Assembly: GCA_963748015.1 (NCBI GenBank)
Contig: CAVVHE010000004.1
Span: 1,248,001-1,312,000, forward strand
Source: Terriglobia bacterium
GTDB taxonomy: Bacteria; Acidobacteriota; Polarisedimenticolia; Polarisedimenticolales; JAIQFR01
Direction of reading: 5' to 3'
DNA length: 64,000 nt
Both the position numbers and the translations under genes were made by a program. Numbering within the stretch: position 1 is the stretch's first letter; each line of letters opens with the position of its first letter. Below are positions 1 to 10,180 of the stretch, one piece after another. The notes below the pieces were generated by a model. That model was given only the letters and a program-made list of their open reading frames with translations, made no database searches and had not been told where the DNA came from.

Positions 1-1
1 C

Positions 2-1603
2 GGGCCGGCCGCCGGTTTCAACGACGAGATCCTGCAGTGGCTTCGGCGGATCGTGGGCCAGGACATCCATCTCTACGAGAACGGCGAGCTGGTCGCGACA
101 TCGCGGCGTGAGATGTTCGCCTCCGGGTACCTGCTGCCGCGGCTTCCCGGCGAGGTGGACCGGCGCATGGTTCGCGGCGGGCTCCCCTTCCTGCTCCGCG
201 ACGGCGAGACCGGATCGGTCGCGATCCCGACCGTCTACGCCCGGGCGCACCTTCCCGGACCCGACCGCGCGACGGTGATCGCGGTGCCGGTGGTCCTCCA
301 GCAGCAAGGGGTCGCGCGGGCCGTCGCCCGCATCGTGGAGCTGTTGCTGCTCGCGACGGTCGTGCTCGCCGGTCTCCTGGCCGGGGTGGCGGCCCTGATC
401 GCGCGGACCGTCGCTCGGCCGGTCCGCGACCTGCTGGGCGCCACCGCGAGCATCGCCGCCGGCGACTACGGCACCCGGCTCCACGCGCGAACCCGCGACG
501 AGGTCGCCGGCCTGGTGGAGGGGTTCAACACGATGGCGAGCGCGCTCGCCGGCCAGCGCGCCGATCTGATCGCGCGGAAGGACTACATCGAGGCGCTCTT
601 GAGCCATGCGACGACCGGTGTGGTCTCGACGGACGCCGCCGGGCGCGTGGTCACGCTGAACCCCGCCGCGGTCGGCCTCCTCACGCCGGCCGGCCCGCCG
701 CCGCGCGCCGGCGACGCGCTTCTCGACGCCGTCTCGCGGGACCCGGAGCTCGGCCCCCTCGCCTCGGCTCTCGCTTCTCCCCCGCCTTCCCGGGGCGAGC
801 CCCGCGAGGTGGACATCGTTCGCGCCGGAAGGCCGCTGAGGTTGCGGCTCGTTCGCGTGGATCTCCCGGATCCTTCGGGGGGGCCGCCGGGCGCCCTGGT
901 GCTGCTCGACGACGTCACCGATCTCATGCGGAGCAACCAGCTCGAGGCGTGGGCGGAAATGGCGAGGGCGATCGCGCACGAGATCAAGAACCCGCTGACA
1001 CCGATCCAGCTCTCGACCGACCACCTCACCCGGCTGCTCCGCGAGCGGCTGCCCGAACCCTCGCCGGAGATCGATGCGTGCATCGAGAACGTGACCAGGC
1101 AGGTGCGGGCGCTCCGCGAGATCGCCGCGGAGTTCTCGGCCTACGCGAAGCTGCCGACCCTCAACCCGGAGCCCGTCGACCCTGCCGCCTTCCTCGGAGA
1201 GATCGCGGCCACGTACCGGTCCAGCCGGCCGCCCGGCATCGTCGTCGAGGAGCGCTTCGAGGCGGCGCCGCGGATCGCGGCCGACCGGCGGGTCCTGGGG
1301 CGCGCGATCGTCAACCTCGTCGAGAACGCGCTGCAGGCCATGCCGGACGGCGGAACGCTCACCTTCGCGGTGGAGCCCGCGGAGGGCGGCGGGACGATGC
1401 TCACGATCGCGGACACCGGAGTCGGTCTCGACCCCTTGGCCCATCGCCGCCTGTTCCAGCCCTACTTCTCGACGAAGTCGTCGGGAACGGGGCTCGGCCT
1501 CGCCATCGTGCGACGGTCGGTCGAGGTTCACGGCGGCACGATCGATGTCGAGAGCGCCCCCGGCCGCGGAACGACCTTCCGCATCCGCCTGCCGGCGGCG
1601 TGA
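2..1603 (+). CDS. Sensor histidine kinase, NtrY-like (TM-HAMP-PAS-HisKA-HATPase); 5'-truncated by window edge
   Basis: Frame is open from position 2. HAMP (ARPVRDL...GDY...DEVAGLVEGFNTM), H-box EMARAIAHEIKNPLTPIQLS, N-box NLVENA, G-boxes DTGVG and GTGLGLAIV. Confidence 0.9.
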   Translation, partial: GPAAGFNDEILQWLRRIVGQDIHLYENGELVATSRREMFASGYLLPRLPGEVDRRMVRGGLPFLLRDGETGSVAIPTVYARAHLPGPDRATVIAVPVVLQQQGVARAVARIVELLLLATVVLAGLLAGVAALIARTVARPVRDLLGATASIAAGDYGTRLHARTRDEVAGLVEGFNTMASALAGQRADLIARKDYIEALLSHATTGVVSTDAAGRVVTLNPAAVGLLTPAGPPPRAGDALLDAVSRDPELGPLASALASPPPSRGEPREVDIVRAGRPLRLRLVRVDLPDPSGGPPGALVLLDDVTDLMRSNQLEAWAEMARAIAHEIKNPLTPIQLSTDHLTRLLRERLPEPSPEIDACIENVTRQVRALREIAAEFSAYAKLPTLNPEPVDPAAFLGEIAATYRSSRPPGIVVEERFEAAPRIAADRRVLGRAIVNLVENALQAMPDGGTLTFAVEPAEGGGTMLTIADTGVGLDPLAHRRLFQPYFSTKSSGTGLGLAIVRRSVEVHGGTIDVESAPGRGTTFRIRLPAA

Positions 1604-1626
1604 GCCGGCCTGACGGTCCGGCACGG

Positions 1627-1632
1627 TATACT
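1627..1632 (+). promoter_or_regulatory. Putative -10 box (TATACT) 6 nt before the GTG start; possible leaderless transcript
   Basis: GGTATACTTTCCGC-GTG, with no Shine-Dalgarno between the box and the start. Confidence 0.45.
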
Positions 1633-1638
1633 TTCCGC

Positions 1639-2091
1639 GTGACCGAACGATCGAGACCGCCGAGACGCTCCACCGCGCGCCAGCCGTGGTACGCCGAGGG
1701 GCTGCGCTTCGAATGCCTCCCCGACTGCGGGGCGTGCTGCACGAGCCACGGCGACTACGATTACGTCTACCTGGACCCCGACGACGTGGACCGGCTCGCG
1801 AAGGCGCTCGGACTCTCGCGCGACGCGTTCCTCGAGACGCACGCCAGGGAGGAGGACGGCTACCTCGCGCTGCGCATGAACGGGCCGGACTGCCCGTATC
1901 TCCGCGGGACCGGGTGCGGGGTCTACGAGGCGCGCCCCAACCAGTGCCGCACCTTCCCGTTCTGGAAAGAGAACCTCCGGAGCCGGACGGCGTGGGACCG
2001 CCTCCGCGTGTTCTGCCCTGGCATCGGCTCCGGGGACGTGCACGCCGTGGAGGCGGTCCGCGCCATCGCCGCGAAGAACACCGAGCCGTAG
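1639..2091 (+). CDS. YkgJ family cysteine-cluster (CxxCxxCC) Zn/Fe-binding protein
   Basis: C-terminal part of ORF 949..2091: WYAEGLRFECLPDCGACC, DCPYL, CGVYEARPNQCRTFPFW, CPGIG. GTG start at 1639. Confidence 0.85.
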   Translation: MTERSRPPRRSTARQPWYAEGLRFECLPDCGACCTSHGDYDYVYLDPDDVDRLAKALGLSRDAFLETHAREEDGYLALRMNGPDCPYLRGTGCGVYEARPNQCRTFPFWKENLRSRTAWDRLRVFCPGIGSGDVHAVEAVRAIAAKNTEP

Positions 2092-2098
2092 GCGCGCG

Positions 2099-3088
2099 AT
2101 GACGCGGCTCCTCGTCCGGCGGATCCTCGCGGCCGTTCCGCTCGTCCTCGGCGTTCTGACACTGGTCTTCGTCCTGGTCGAGTCCGCGCCGGGGAACCCG
2201 AGCGCTCTTCTCCTCGGCGACCGCCCGGTCCCGCCCGAGGTGCGGGCGAGGATCGTCGCCGCGTACGGCCTCGACCGCCCGCCGGTTGAGCGCTACCTGC
2301 GCTGGCTCGGATCCGTGGCGCTCCGCGGCGAGATGGGGTGGTCCATCTCGCGCGGACGGCCGGTGACCCGCGTGCTCGCCGGCGCGCTTCCCGCCACGCT
2401 CCTGCTGTCCGGCGCCGCGCTGCTGCTCCATCTCGCGGCGGGAGTGGCACTGGGCCTGGCCACGGCCCGCTGGCAAGGCCGCTGGCCCGACCGTGCGCTC
2501 GGCGCCGCGAGCCTGGCGATCTACTCGATGCCGGCGTTCTGGGTGGGGCTGATGGCGATCCTGTCGCTCTCGCTCGCGCTCGGGTGGTTTCCCCCGGGGG
2601 CCACCCACTCGGTCGGAGCCGAGACGTGGCCTCTCCCTAGGCGCGTGGCCGACCTCGCCTGGCATCTCGCTCTTCCCGCGGCGATCCTGGGGCTGACGTC
2701 CGCCGCCGCGCTCGGCCGCTTCATCCGCTCGGGCGTCGTGGCGGCACTCGGCGAGGAATTCGTGCGCGCGGCGCGAGCGCGCGGAGCCGGAGGCGGCCGG
2801 GTCCTCTTCGGTCACGCCCTGCGCAACGCGCTCCTTCCCGCGATCACCCTCGCCGGGTTGTCGCTTCCCGTGCTCGTCTCCGGCTCGCTCGTCACCGAGG
2901 TCGTCTTCTCGTGGCCGGGAATGGGGCGGGTCGCCTACGAGGCGATCCTCGCTCGCGACGTCCCGGTCGTCCTCGCCGCGACGCTGCTGTCCTCGCTCCT
3001 CGTCGTCGTGGGGAACCTGGCGGCGGACCTGGCGCTCCTCGCCGCGGATCCGAGGATCCGCGCGGGAAGACAAGGGGCGTCGCCGTGA
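2099..3088 (+). CDS. ABC transporter permease, OppB/DppB family
   Basis: N-terminal RRILAAVPLVLGV...PGNP, YGLDRP..ERYLRWL, EAA loop EEFVRAARARG, HALRNALLP, EVVFSWPGMG. Confidence 0.92.
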   Translation: MTRLLVRRILAAVPLVLGVLTLVFVLVESAPGNPSALLLGDRPVPPEVRARIVAAYGLDRPPVERYLRWLGSVALRGEMGWSISRGRPVTRVLAGALPATLLLSGAALLLHLAAGVALGLATARWQGRWPDRALGAASLAIYSMPAFWVGLMAILSLSLALGWFPPGATHSVGAETWPLPRRVADLAWHLALPAAILGLTSAAALGRFIRSGVVAALGEEFVRAARARGAGGGRVLFGHALRNALLPAITLAGLSLPVLVSGSLVTEVVFSWPGMGRVAYEAILARDVPVVLAATLLSSLLVVVGNLAADLALLAADPRIRAGRQGASP

Positions 3089-4065
3089 GCCGGCGCGGCC
3101 TCCTCGCGGGGACCGCCTTCCTCGCGGCCGTTGCGGCCGCGGCGATCCTGGCGCCGTGGCTCGGGCTGCGCGACCCGGCGGCGCAGCCGGACGGTCTCGT
3201 CCTCAGGGACCTCCCGCCGCTCGCGCGGGTCGAGGCCGTCCGTCTCGCGGTAGGCGGGCTGCGATACGCCCACGAGGTTCGCGCCGAGCCCGACGGCTCC
3301 GTGAGCGTTCGCCGCGAAACGTCCTGGGAGCGGATCCCGCCGTCGTCGCTTCTGGGCCCATCCCCGTCCGCTTGGCACGCCCGCCCGTTCTTCCCCCTCG
3401 GCACCGACGGCTACGGGCGCGACCTCCTGAGCCGGCTCCTCCACGGCGCCCGGATCTCGCTCGTGGTCAGCCTGCTCGCCGCGCTGCTGTCGGTGGCGGC
3501 CGGCGCCGCGGCCGGCGTCGCCGCCGGCCTCCTCGGCGGCTTCGCCGACGCGGTCCTGATGCGCCTCGCCGACGTGTTCCTCGCGGTGCCGCGCCTGTTC
3601 CTCCTTCTCCTCCTCGTCGCCCTCTACGGTCCATCGCTCGCGGGGACCGTCATCGTGCTGGCGGCCACCTCGTGGATGGCGGCGGCCCGCCTCGCCCGCG
3701 CCGAGATCCTCTCCCTTCGCGAGCGCGACTTCGTGCGCGCCGCGGAGGCCGCGGGGGCCTCAGGCACGCGCGTCGCCCTCCTGCACCTCCTCCCGGGGGC
3801 CGCCGCGCCCCTCCTCGTCGAGGCGACCCTCCGCGTGGCGAACACGCTCCTCCTCGAGTCCTCTCTCTCGTTCCTCGGCCTCGGGGTACCCTCTCCCGCG
3901 GCGTCGTGGGGGAACCTGATCGCCGACGGGCGCGACGCGCTCCTCGGCGCCTGGTGGATCGCCACCCTCCCCGGTCTCGCGATCGCTGCGACCGTGCTCT
4001 CCGTCAACGCGATCGCCGAAGCCCTCCGCACCCGCCTCGATCCGAAAACCGCCGGAAGAGAATGA
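3085..4065 (+). CDS. ABC transporter permease, OppC/DppC family
   Basis: GTG start overlaps the upstream TGA. PLGTDGYGRDLLSRLLHGARISL, ERDFVRAAEAAGA, ESSLSFLGLG..SWGNLI. Confidence 0.92.
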   Translation: MSRRGLLAGTAFLAAVAAAAILAPWLGLRDPAAQPDGLVLRDLPPLARVEAVRLAVGGLRYAHEVRAEPDGSVSVRRETSWERIPPSSLLGPSPSAWHARPFFPLGTDGYGRDLLSRLLHGARISLVVSLLAALLSVAAGAAAGVAAGLLGGFADAVLMRLADVFLAVPRLFLLLLLVALYGPSLAGTVIVLAATSWMAAARLARAEILSLRERDFVRAAEAAGASGTRVALLHLLPGAAAPLLVEATLRVANTLLLESSLSFLGLGVPSPAASWGNLIADGRDALLGAWWIATLPGLAIAATVLSVNAIAEALRTRLDPKTAGRE

Positions 4066-4117
4066 TTCGCCGTCCGATCGGTCTCGTCGAAACCAGGACT
4101 CGAGGCCGTCATCGAAA

Positions 4118-4290
4118 GCGCGGCCGGTTCGCCGGACCCGAGCACGACCGGACGCGGCCCTGTTTTCGCGCGGCCGTCTCTTCCATGGACGGCCGCGCGA
4201 AAACCGGAGCGAGGCGGCGCGGCGACTTGCGCCGCGCAACGCCGAAGCGTGCCGCGGAGGTCGTGCTCGGGTCCGGCGAACCGGCCGCGC
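4118..4290. repeat. Intergenic palindromic element: perfect 32-bp terminal inverted repeat enclosing internal hairpins
   Basis: GCGCGGCCGGTTCGCCGGACCCGAGCACGACC (4118-4149) is the exact reverse complement of 4259-4290. Internal perfect 17-bp stem 4162-4178/4188-4204 and 8-bp stem 4217-4224/4230-4237. Confidence 0.9.
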
Positions 4291-4304
4291 GTGCGGCGAA
4301 AGCG

Positions 4305-4952
4305 TCAGCGGCTCGACTCGAGGAGTGAGCGCTCGGCGCGGCGCACCGCGGCGATGAAATCCTCGAGGCGGTCGAGGTTCATCTTGCCGGGGACGAACTC
4401 GACGCCGGAGGTGGCGTCGACACCGTAAGGGCGGGCCTCGGCGATCGCGGCCTCGACGTTGCCGGGATCGAGACCGCCCGAGATCAGGATCCGCCCGTGG
4501 ACGGCGAAGGCGCGCGCGTGCCGCCAGCCGGGGATCCCGGCCTGGCCGGGCGCGCCTCCCGCCCGCGACCAGTCGAGGAGGAACGTGGTGCACGCGTACC
4601 CCTCGAAGGCGTCGGACGTGAATCCGGGATCCACCCTCAAGGTCTTGTACCAGGCGAACGGGCGGAGGGACTCGCAAAAGGACGGGGACTCGTCGCCGTC
4701 GAGCTGGATCGCGGTGAGCCCCACCCTGCGCGCGATCTCGAGGACACGGATGATCGGGTCCCCCGCGAAGACGCCGACCTTGGCGACGAAGGCCGGCAGG
4801 CGCTCGACGATGCGGCGGGCGTCCTCGTGGTCGATCCGGCGCGGGCTGGCCTCGGAGAAGTGGAAACCCAGGGCGTCCACGCCCAGCAGGGACGCATCGA
4901 TCGCGTCCCGCTCCTCGGTGACGCCGCAAACCTTGACGAGAACCCGGCTCAC
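4305..4952 (-). CDS. trpF: Phosphoribosylanthranilate isomerase
   Basis: C-terminal part of ORF 4305..5585: VKVCGVT..DA..A..LGVDALGFHF..SPRRI, AIQLDGDESP, ISGGLDPGNV, PYGVDATSGVE..PG. GTG start at 4952. Confidence 0.92.
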   Translation of the reverse strand: MSRVLVKVCGVTEERDAIDASLLGVDALGFHFSEASPRRIDHEDARRIVERLPAFVAKVGVFAGDPIIRVLEIARRVGLTAIQLDGDESPSFCESLRPFAWYKTLRVDPGFTSDAFEGYACTTFLLDWSRAGGAPGQAGIPGWRHARAFAVHGRILISGGLDPGNVEAAIAEARPYGVDATSGVEFVPGKMNLDRLEDFIAAVRRAERSLLESSR

Positions 4953-5578
4953 AGGACCGCGAACTTCACGAACACCGGATCCGGGAGCTCGGGGGTCTTC
5001 AGGAAGAGCTCGAACCGCTTCCCCTTCACTCCGGTCTTCGGGCGCGGGAAGTAGATGTAATCGATGATGAAGCCGAACTGCGGCAGGCCGACCGAGTCGC
5101 GGACGATCGTCGAGTCGAGGAAGTTGTCCGGAAACCCGCGCGTGGGGCTGAACTTGCTCGGGTACTGCACGAAGGCGGCGAACCGGTTGAAGACGATCTC
5201 GCTCAGCTCCGCCAGCCTGCGGTCGAGGTCGAGGAACTGGTAGTTGTCGATCAGCTCCCTCGGCTCGACGCACGGGTACTCGGTCCCGTCCTCGTCCCTC
5301 AGGGTGAACGACTCCCGCGTGATCGAGATCTTCTTCAGCCCCCGGTTGGCGACGCAGATCTCGAGCGGGATGTAGCCGCCCTCCTCGCGGTACCGCGTCG
5401 GGCGCGTGTCCACGATGAACGAGACGAGATTCCCCTCCTCGATGTACGCGAAGGTCGAGAGCTTCCGGTCGAGGCCCTTGACGTCCACCTTCTGCTTCGG
5501 CGTGTTTCGCTGCTCGGCGCACGACGCCGCCGAGAGAATCAGGGCCGCAGCCGCGGCAAGCCGCAAGTGGACGCGCAT
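4949..5578 (-). CDS. Hypothetical lipoprotein
   Basis: ATG at 5578 preceded by GGGAGG. Signal peptide with lipobox-like ILSAASC. Coding-like composition; stop overlaps the trpF start. Confidence 0.7.
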   Translation of the reverse strand: MRVHLRLAAAAALILSAASCAEQRNTPKQKVDVKGLDRKLSTFAYIEEGNLVSFIVDTRPTRYREEGGYIPLEICVANRGLKKISITRESFTLRDEDGTEYPCVEPRELIDNYQFLDLDRRLAELSEIVFNRFAAFVQYPSKFSPTRGFPDNFLDSTIVRDSVGLPQFGFIIDYIYFPRPKTGVKGKRFELFLKTPELPDPVFVKFAVL

Positions 5579-5621
5579 TCCCCACCTCCCCAGCCGCTGC
5601 ACCCGCATGCGGTGGTTTTCG

Positions 5622-5650
5622 AGAGTATTCCGGGCCCCGCGGGGCGTCAA
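5622..5650 (-). promoter_or_regulatory. Putative sigma70 promoter TTGACG-N17-TACTCT for the lipoprotein-trpF unit
   Basis: Hexamers at 5650-5645 and 5627-5622 with 17-nt spacing. Confidence 0.5.
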
Positions 5651-5657
5651 GCGCGCG

Positions 5658-7869
5658 TCAGAGGAGGGAGACGGGGTCGACGTCCACGCGGACCGCCCGG
5701 CGCGGGACCTTGCCCTCGGTGGAAGCTAGGGCCCGGTCCACGGCGCTGACGAGGCGCCTGCGGCCGGCCGAGCGGACGAGGATCTGGCTGCGGTACTTCC
5801 CCTTGAGGCGCTCGATCGGCGCGGGCCCCGGCCCGGACAGGATCAGCCGGCCTTCCCCCTCGCGCCCGAGGGCCTCCGCGAGGATGGCGGACCAGGCGGA
5901 GGCCTTTCCGGGGTCGCGGTCCTCGACGACGATCTCCACCAGGGCGGTGAAGGGCGGGTAGCGAAGCGCGCGGCGGTAGACGATCTCGCGCTCGTAGAAC
6001 GCCTCGTAGTCCTGGGTCGCCGCCGCCAGGAGCACCGGGTGCGCCGGGTCGAACGCCTGGATGAGGACGGTTCCCGGCGCGGCCCCGCGCCCGGCCCGTC
6101 CCGCGACCTGCGTGAGCAGCTGGAAGGTCCGCTCGGCCGCGCGAAAGTCGGGCAGGCCGAGCGTCTGGTCCGCCGAGAGCACGCCCACGAGCGTGACCCC
6201 CGGGAAATCGTGCCCCTTGGCGATCATCTGCGTCCCGACGAGGACGTCGATCTCCCGCTCGTCGAAGCGCCTCAGCAGCGCCTCCTGCGCGCCGCGGCGG
6301 CGGACCGTGTCACGATCCATGCGGGCGATGCGAGCCCCGGGGACCGCCTCGCGAAGATCCTCCTCGATCCTCTCGGTTCCCTCGCCGATCGCCGCGAGGC
6401 GATCGGACCCGCACGACGGGCAGCGCTCGGGAAGCGTCCTCTCGAGGTCGCAGTAGTGGCAGCGCAGCTTCCGGGCCGAGCGGTGCCAGGTCATCGCGAT
6501 GCTGCACCGCGAGCAGGAGACGCGCGCCCCGCACGCCGGGCAGTGGAGCGCCGCGGCCCATCCCCTGCGGTTCCGCAGCACGAGCGCCTGGTTGCCGCTC
6601 GCCAGGGTGCCGCGAAGGGCGTCGACGAGCGCCCCGGAGAGCGGCTTCACGCCGCGGGCCTGGCCGAACTCCCGGCGCATGTCCACGATCTCGACGGCGG
6701 GCATCGGCCGGTCCTCGACGCGCCCGCCGAGCCGCAGGAGCGTGTAGCGGCCCTCGCGCGCGTTGCGGAACGACTCGAGCGACGGCGTCGCGGAGCCGAG
6801 GAGCAGCACCGCCTTCGCCTCGCGTGCGCGGACCACGGCGAGGTCGCGGCCGTTGTACCTCGGAGCGTCGTCCTGCTTGTAGGAGCCGTCCTGCTCTTCG
6901 TCCACCACGATGAGCCCCGGATCCGCGAGGGGCGCGAAGAGGGCGGAGCGCGCGCCGACCACCAGCCTCGCCTCCCCCCTTCGAACGCGGTCCCAGGTCC
7001 GGCGGCGCTGCCGGGGGCAGCCCGCTGTGGAGCACCGCGAGAGACTCCGCGAACCGCCGCGTCAGCCGGGAGACCAGGAGCGGCGTCAGCCCGATCTCCG
7101 GCACGAGATAGAGTACGCCGCGCCCCCGGGCGAGCGTCGCTTCCGCGGCCCGCAGGTAGACCTCGGTCTTCCCGGAGCCGGTGGCGCCGAAGAGGAGGAA
7201 CGGCGCGTACTCCCCCCCGGCCACCGCGCTCAGGAGCGGCTCGAGGACGGCGGTCTGCGCGGGGGTAGGATGGACACGCGGCTCGGGTGGCGACACGGGG
7301 CGCGAGGGAGTCGAGGCCGGATCGTCCCGCCTCTCCACCCACTCGGCGAAACCGGCCCGGACGAGATCCAACGCGGCGCGACGCGCCGCCACACCGAGGC
7401 GGGCGGCCGGGACCGGCGTCCCGTCCTCCGGCAGCGCCAGGAACGCTTTCCGCCGCGCGGTGGCGCGGGCCGGGATGGCGGCCGCGTCCGCCCCGGCGGC
7501 GCGCCGCAGGAGACGGGGGTCCGCGGCCCGGCGGGGAGCGGGGGGGATCGCGGCGTCGATGGCTTCTCCCCACGAGCAGAGATAGTAGTCCGCCGCGAAG
7601 CGCGCGAGCTCGAGGAGTGCCTGCGCGACGGGTGGCTCCGATTCGACGACCGCCTCGATCTCCCGGACCTCGACCCCCTCCGCCGGCTCGCTCGCCGGCC
7701 ACTCCACCACCGTCCCGACGACGCGGCGCCGCCCGAGCGGCACGCGCACGCGCACGCCCACGGCGACGGCGTCGCGCAACCCGGCGCCGACTCGGTAGGT
7801 GAACTGTCGCCTGACGGGGATCGGGACGGCGACGGAGGCGTAGAGGACCTCGGCGCCCTCCCGGCTCAC
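5658..7869 (-). CDS. priA: Primosomal protein N' (replication-restart helicase), frameshifted at about 7013-7017
   Basis: N part (frame of ORF 6310..8694): YASVAVPIP..FTY, GATGSGKTEVY, LVPEIGLTP, VLHSGL. C part (5658..6962): VGARSALF, IVVDEEQDGSYKQ..PRY, Zn-finger Cys pairs, GTQMIAKGHDFP, QVAGRAGR. The frames join across a G5 run. Confidence 0.92.
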
Positions 7870-8744
7870 GGCGATTCGTCCATCTTGGCGCGCGCCGCCT
7901 TGAGGTCCTCCCAGACCTTCCGCCGGTTCTCGGGGGTGTAGACCCGGAGCAGGTAGGCGGGATGGAAGGTCGGCATCACCGGGATCCCGCGGAAGACTCC
8001 CCAGTTGCCGCGGAGCTGCGTGATGCCCGTGCGGGTGCCGAGGAGCGTCTTGGCCGCCGGCGCGCCCAGCGCGACGAGGACCCGCGGACGGATCGCCTCG
8101 ATCTGCGCGAACAGGAAACTCGCGCAGGTGCCGACCTCGTCCGGCTCGGGGGTCCGATTCTCCGGAGGACGGCACTTCACCACGTTCGCGATGTAGACCT
8201 CCTCGCGCTCGAGGCCGATGGAACGGATCATCTCGTCGAGCTTCTTCCCGGCGCGGCCGACGAACGGCTCGCCGCGCGCGTCCTCCTCGGCCCCGGGCCC
8301 CTCGCCGACGAACATCAACCTCGCGCGCGGGTTCCCCACGCCGAAGACGATGTGGGTGCGGCCCGCGTGGAGCTTGCAGCGCTTGCAGTCTCCGATCTCG
8401 TCGCGGATCTCCCGGAGGCGCTCCAGCGAATCGGCGGCGTCGGAGTCCGCCGCGACGAGAGCGAAAAGCTCGGCGCCCTGCAGCGGCGGCGGGGCCGCCG
8501 GCGGCGCGGAGGGGGCCGCGGCGGGAACCGGGGCGTGCCGGACCGGCTCGGGCGCGGCGGCGACGGGCGGAGCGACGACGGGCGGAGGAGAGGGCGGGTC
8601 GACGACAGGCGGAGCGGCCGCGGGCGCGGCGGCCGGTTCCCGTGACTCGAGGAAGAGGTCGCGAACGCCGATGTCCCGGAGGTACGCGACCCATTCGGCG
8701 AGAGCGCGGCCGGCGTCGCCGCCACCGGCGCCGGAAGGACTCAC
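7866..8744 (-). CDS. Uracil-DNA glycosylase family 4 (4Fe-4S) with Pro/Ala-rich N-terminal linker
   Basis: [57 protein letters not shown]. Confidence 0.92.
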   Translation of the reverse strand: MSPSGAGGGDAGRALAEWVAYLRDIGVRDLFLESREPAAAPAAAPPVVDPPSPPPVVAPPVAAAPEPVRHAPVPAAAPSAPPAAPPPLQGAELFALVAADSDAADSLERLREIRDEIGDCKRCKLHAGRTHIVFGVGNPRARLMFVGEGPGAEEDARGEPFVGRAGKKLDEMIRSIGLEREEVYIANVVKCRPPENRTPEPDEVGTCASFLFAQIEAIRPRVLVALGAPAAKTLLGTRTGITQLRGNWGVFRGIPVMPTFHPAYLLRVYTPENRRKVWEDLKAARAKMDESP

Positions 8745-9925
8745 GACGCCGCGTCCCGGCCGAACACCCGGTCGAGGATCGCGTCGGCGATCTCCGCCTT
8801 CGAGGCTTCGGCCACCTCGACGGAGCCGCCCTCCCGGTCGAGGATCGTGACGGCGTTCCGGTCCGACTCGATCCCGCGCCCGGCGTTCGAGACTTCGTTG
8901 GCCACGATGAAGTCCAGGTTTTTCGCGGCGAGCTTCTCCCTCGCGTTGGCGACGAGGTTCTCGGTCTCCGCGGCGAACCCCACCAGCAGCAGGCCGCCCT
9001 TGTCGCGCCCGAGCTCCGCGAGGATGTCCGGGCCCCTACGGAGCGAGAGCTCGAGCGGTGCCTGGCCCTTCTTGATCTTCGAACCCGAGGGGTCGGTCAC
9101 GAAGTCGGAGACCGCCGCGGCCATGATCACGGCGGCGGCGCCGGCGCGGCTCTCCAGCACGGCCCGCCGCATCTCCTCGCTGGTCGTCACCTTCGCGACC
9201 TCGACGCCGAAGGGAGGCGCCAGGTCCACGGGCCCGCTGATCAGCGCCACGCTCGCGCCGCGCCGCGCGGCCGCCGCCGCGAGCGCGTATCCCATCTTCC
9301 CCGAAGAGCGGTTCGACAGGAACCGGACGGGATCGATCGGCTCGCGCGTCGGCCCGGCCGTCACCACGATCCGCTTTCCCTCGAGCTGCCGCGACCTCCG
9401 CGCGGCCGCGAGGGTCGCGGCCACGATCGCCTCCGGCTCCGCGAGCCGGCCCCACCCGCTCTCGCCCTCGGCCAGCCAGCCGGAATCCGGATCCACTACC
9501 CCAACGCCGCGGGCCTTCAGGGTCGCGAGGCTCGCGCGGGTCGCGGGGTGGAGCCACATCCTGGTGTTCATCGCGGGAGCCACGACCACCGGGGCCGTCA
9601 CGGCCAGGTAGAACGTGGAGAGGAAGTCGTCGGCGATCCCCGCGGCGAGCTTGGCGAGCACGTTCGCGGTCGCGGGCGCCACCACGAGCGCGTCCACCTG
9701 GCGCGCCAGGTCGATGTGCTGGACGGTCTCCGAGGCCGCGAGGTCGAAGGGGTCGAGCAGCACCTTCCGGCGGGACAGGGTCTCGAGCGTCAGCGGCGTG
9801 ATGAAGCGCGTCGCGTTGGCGGTCATGACGACCTGCACCGACGCCCCGGCGCGGTCGAGACCCCGCACGATCTCGCAGGCCTTGTAGGCCGCGATCCCTC
9901 CGCTGACACCGAGCGCGATCAGCAT
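8741..9925 (-). CDS. coaBC: Bifunctional phosphopantothenoylcysteine decarboxylase / phosphopantothenate-cysteine ligase
   Basis: [61 protein letters not shown]. Confidence 0.96.
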   Translation of the reverse strand: MLIALGVSGGIAAYKACEIVRGLDRAGASVQVVMTANATRFITPLTLETLSRRKVLLDPFDLAASETVQHIDLARQVDALVVAPATANVLAKLAAGIADDFLSTFYLAVTAPVVVAPAMNTRMWLHPATRASLATLKARGVGVVDPDSGWLAEGESGWGRLAEPEAIVAATLAAARRSRQLEGKRIVVTAGPTREPIDPVRFLSNRSSGKMGYALAAAAARRGASVALISGPVDLAPPFGVEVAKVTTSEEMRRAVLESRAGAAAVIMAAAVSDFVTDPSGSKIKKGQAPLELSLRRGPDILAELGRDKGGLLLVGFAAETENLVANAREKLAAKNLDFIVANEVSNAGRGIESDRNAVTILDREGGSVEVAEASKAEIADAILDRVFGRDAAS

Positions 9926-9940
9926 GGCGCTCCTCTACAG

Positions 9941-10159
9941 CTACCCTTCGCTCTCCTCGGCCTCGCTCTCCTCCGCCGGGGCGTTGGGATCCCACTCCTC
10001 CACCAGCCCGTACGCGACCTCTTCCTGGGCGATGATGGTCGCCTTCCGGTGCTGCGACTTCAGGCGCGGGATCGCTCCCGCCTGGAGCTGCTCCGCGCGC
10101 ATGGAGGCCAGGGTGACGAACCGGTACGTGCTCCCGAGATTCTCCGGCAGCTTCAACAT
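9941..10159 (-). CDS. rpoZ: RNA polymerase omega subunit
   Basis: 72 aa with S.YRFVTLAS.RA.QL..G and K....A..E. Lies between gmk and coaBC. Confidence 0.88.
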   Translation of the reverse strand: MLKLPENLGSTYRFVTLASMRAEQLQAGAIPRLKSQHRKATIIAQEEVAYGLVEEWDPNAPAEESEAEESEG

Positions 10160-10180
10160 CCGTATCTCTCCTGCGCCCCG

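Noticed and set aside
8480..8640. Pro/Ala-rich repetitive stretch in the uracil-DNA glycosylase
   Set aside because: An ordinary low-complexity linker, not a DNA repeat array.
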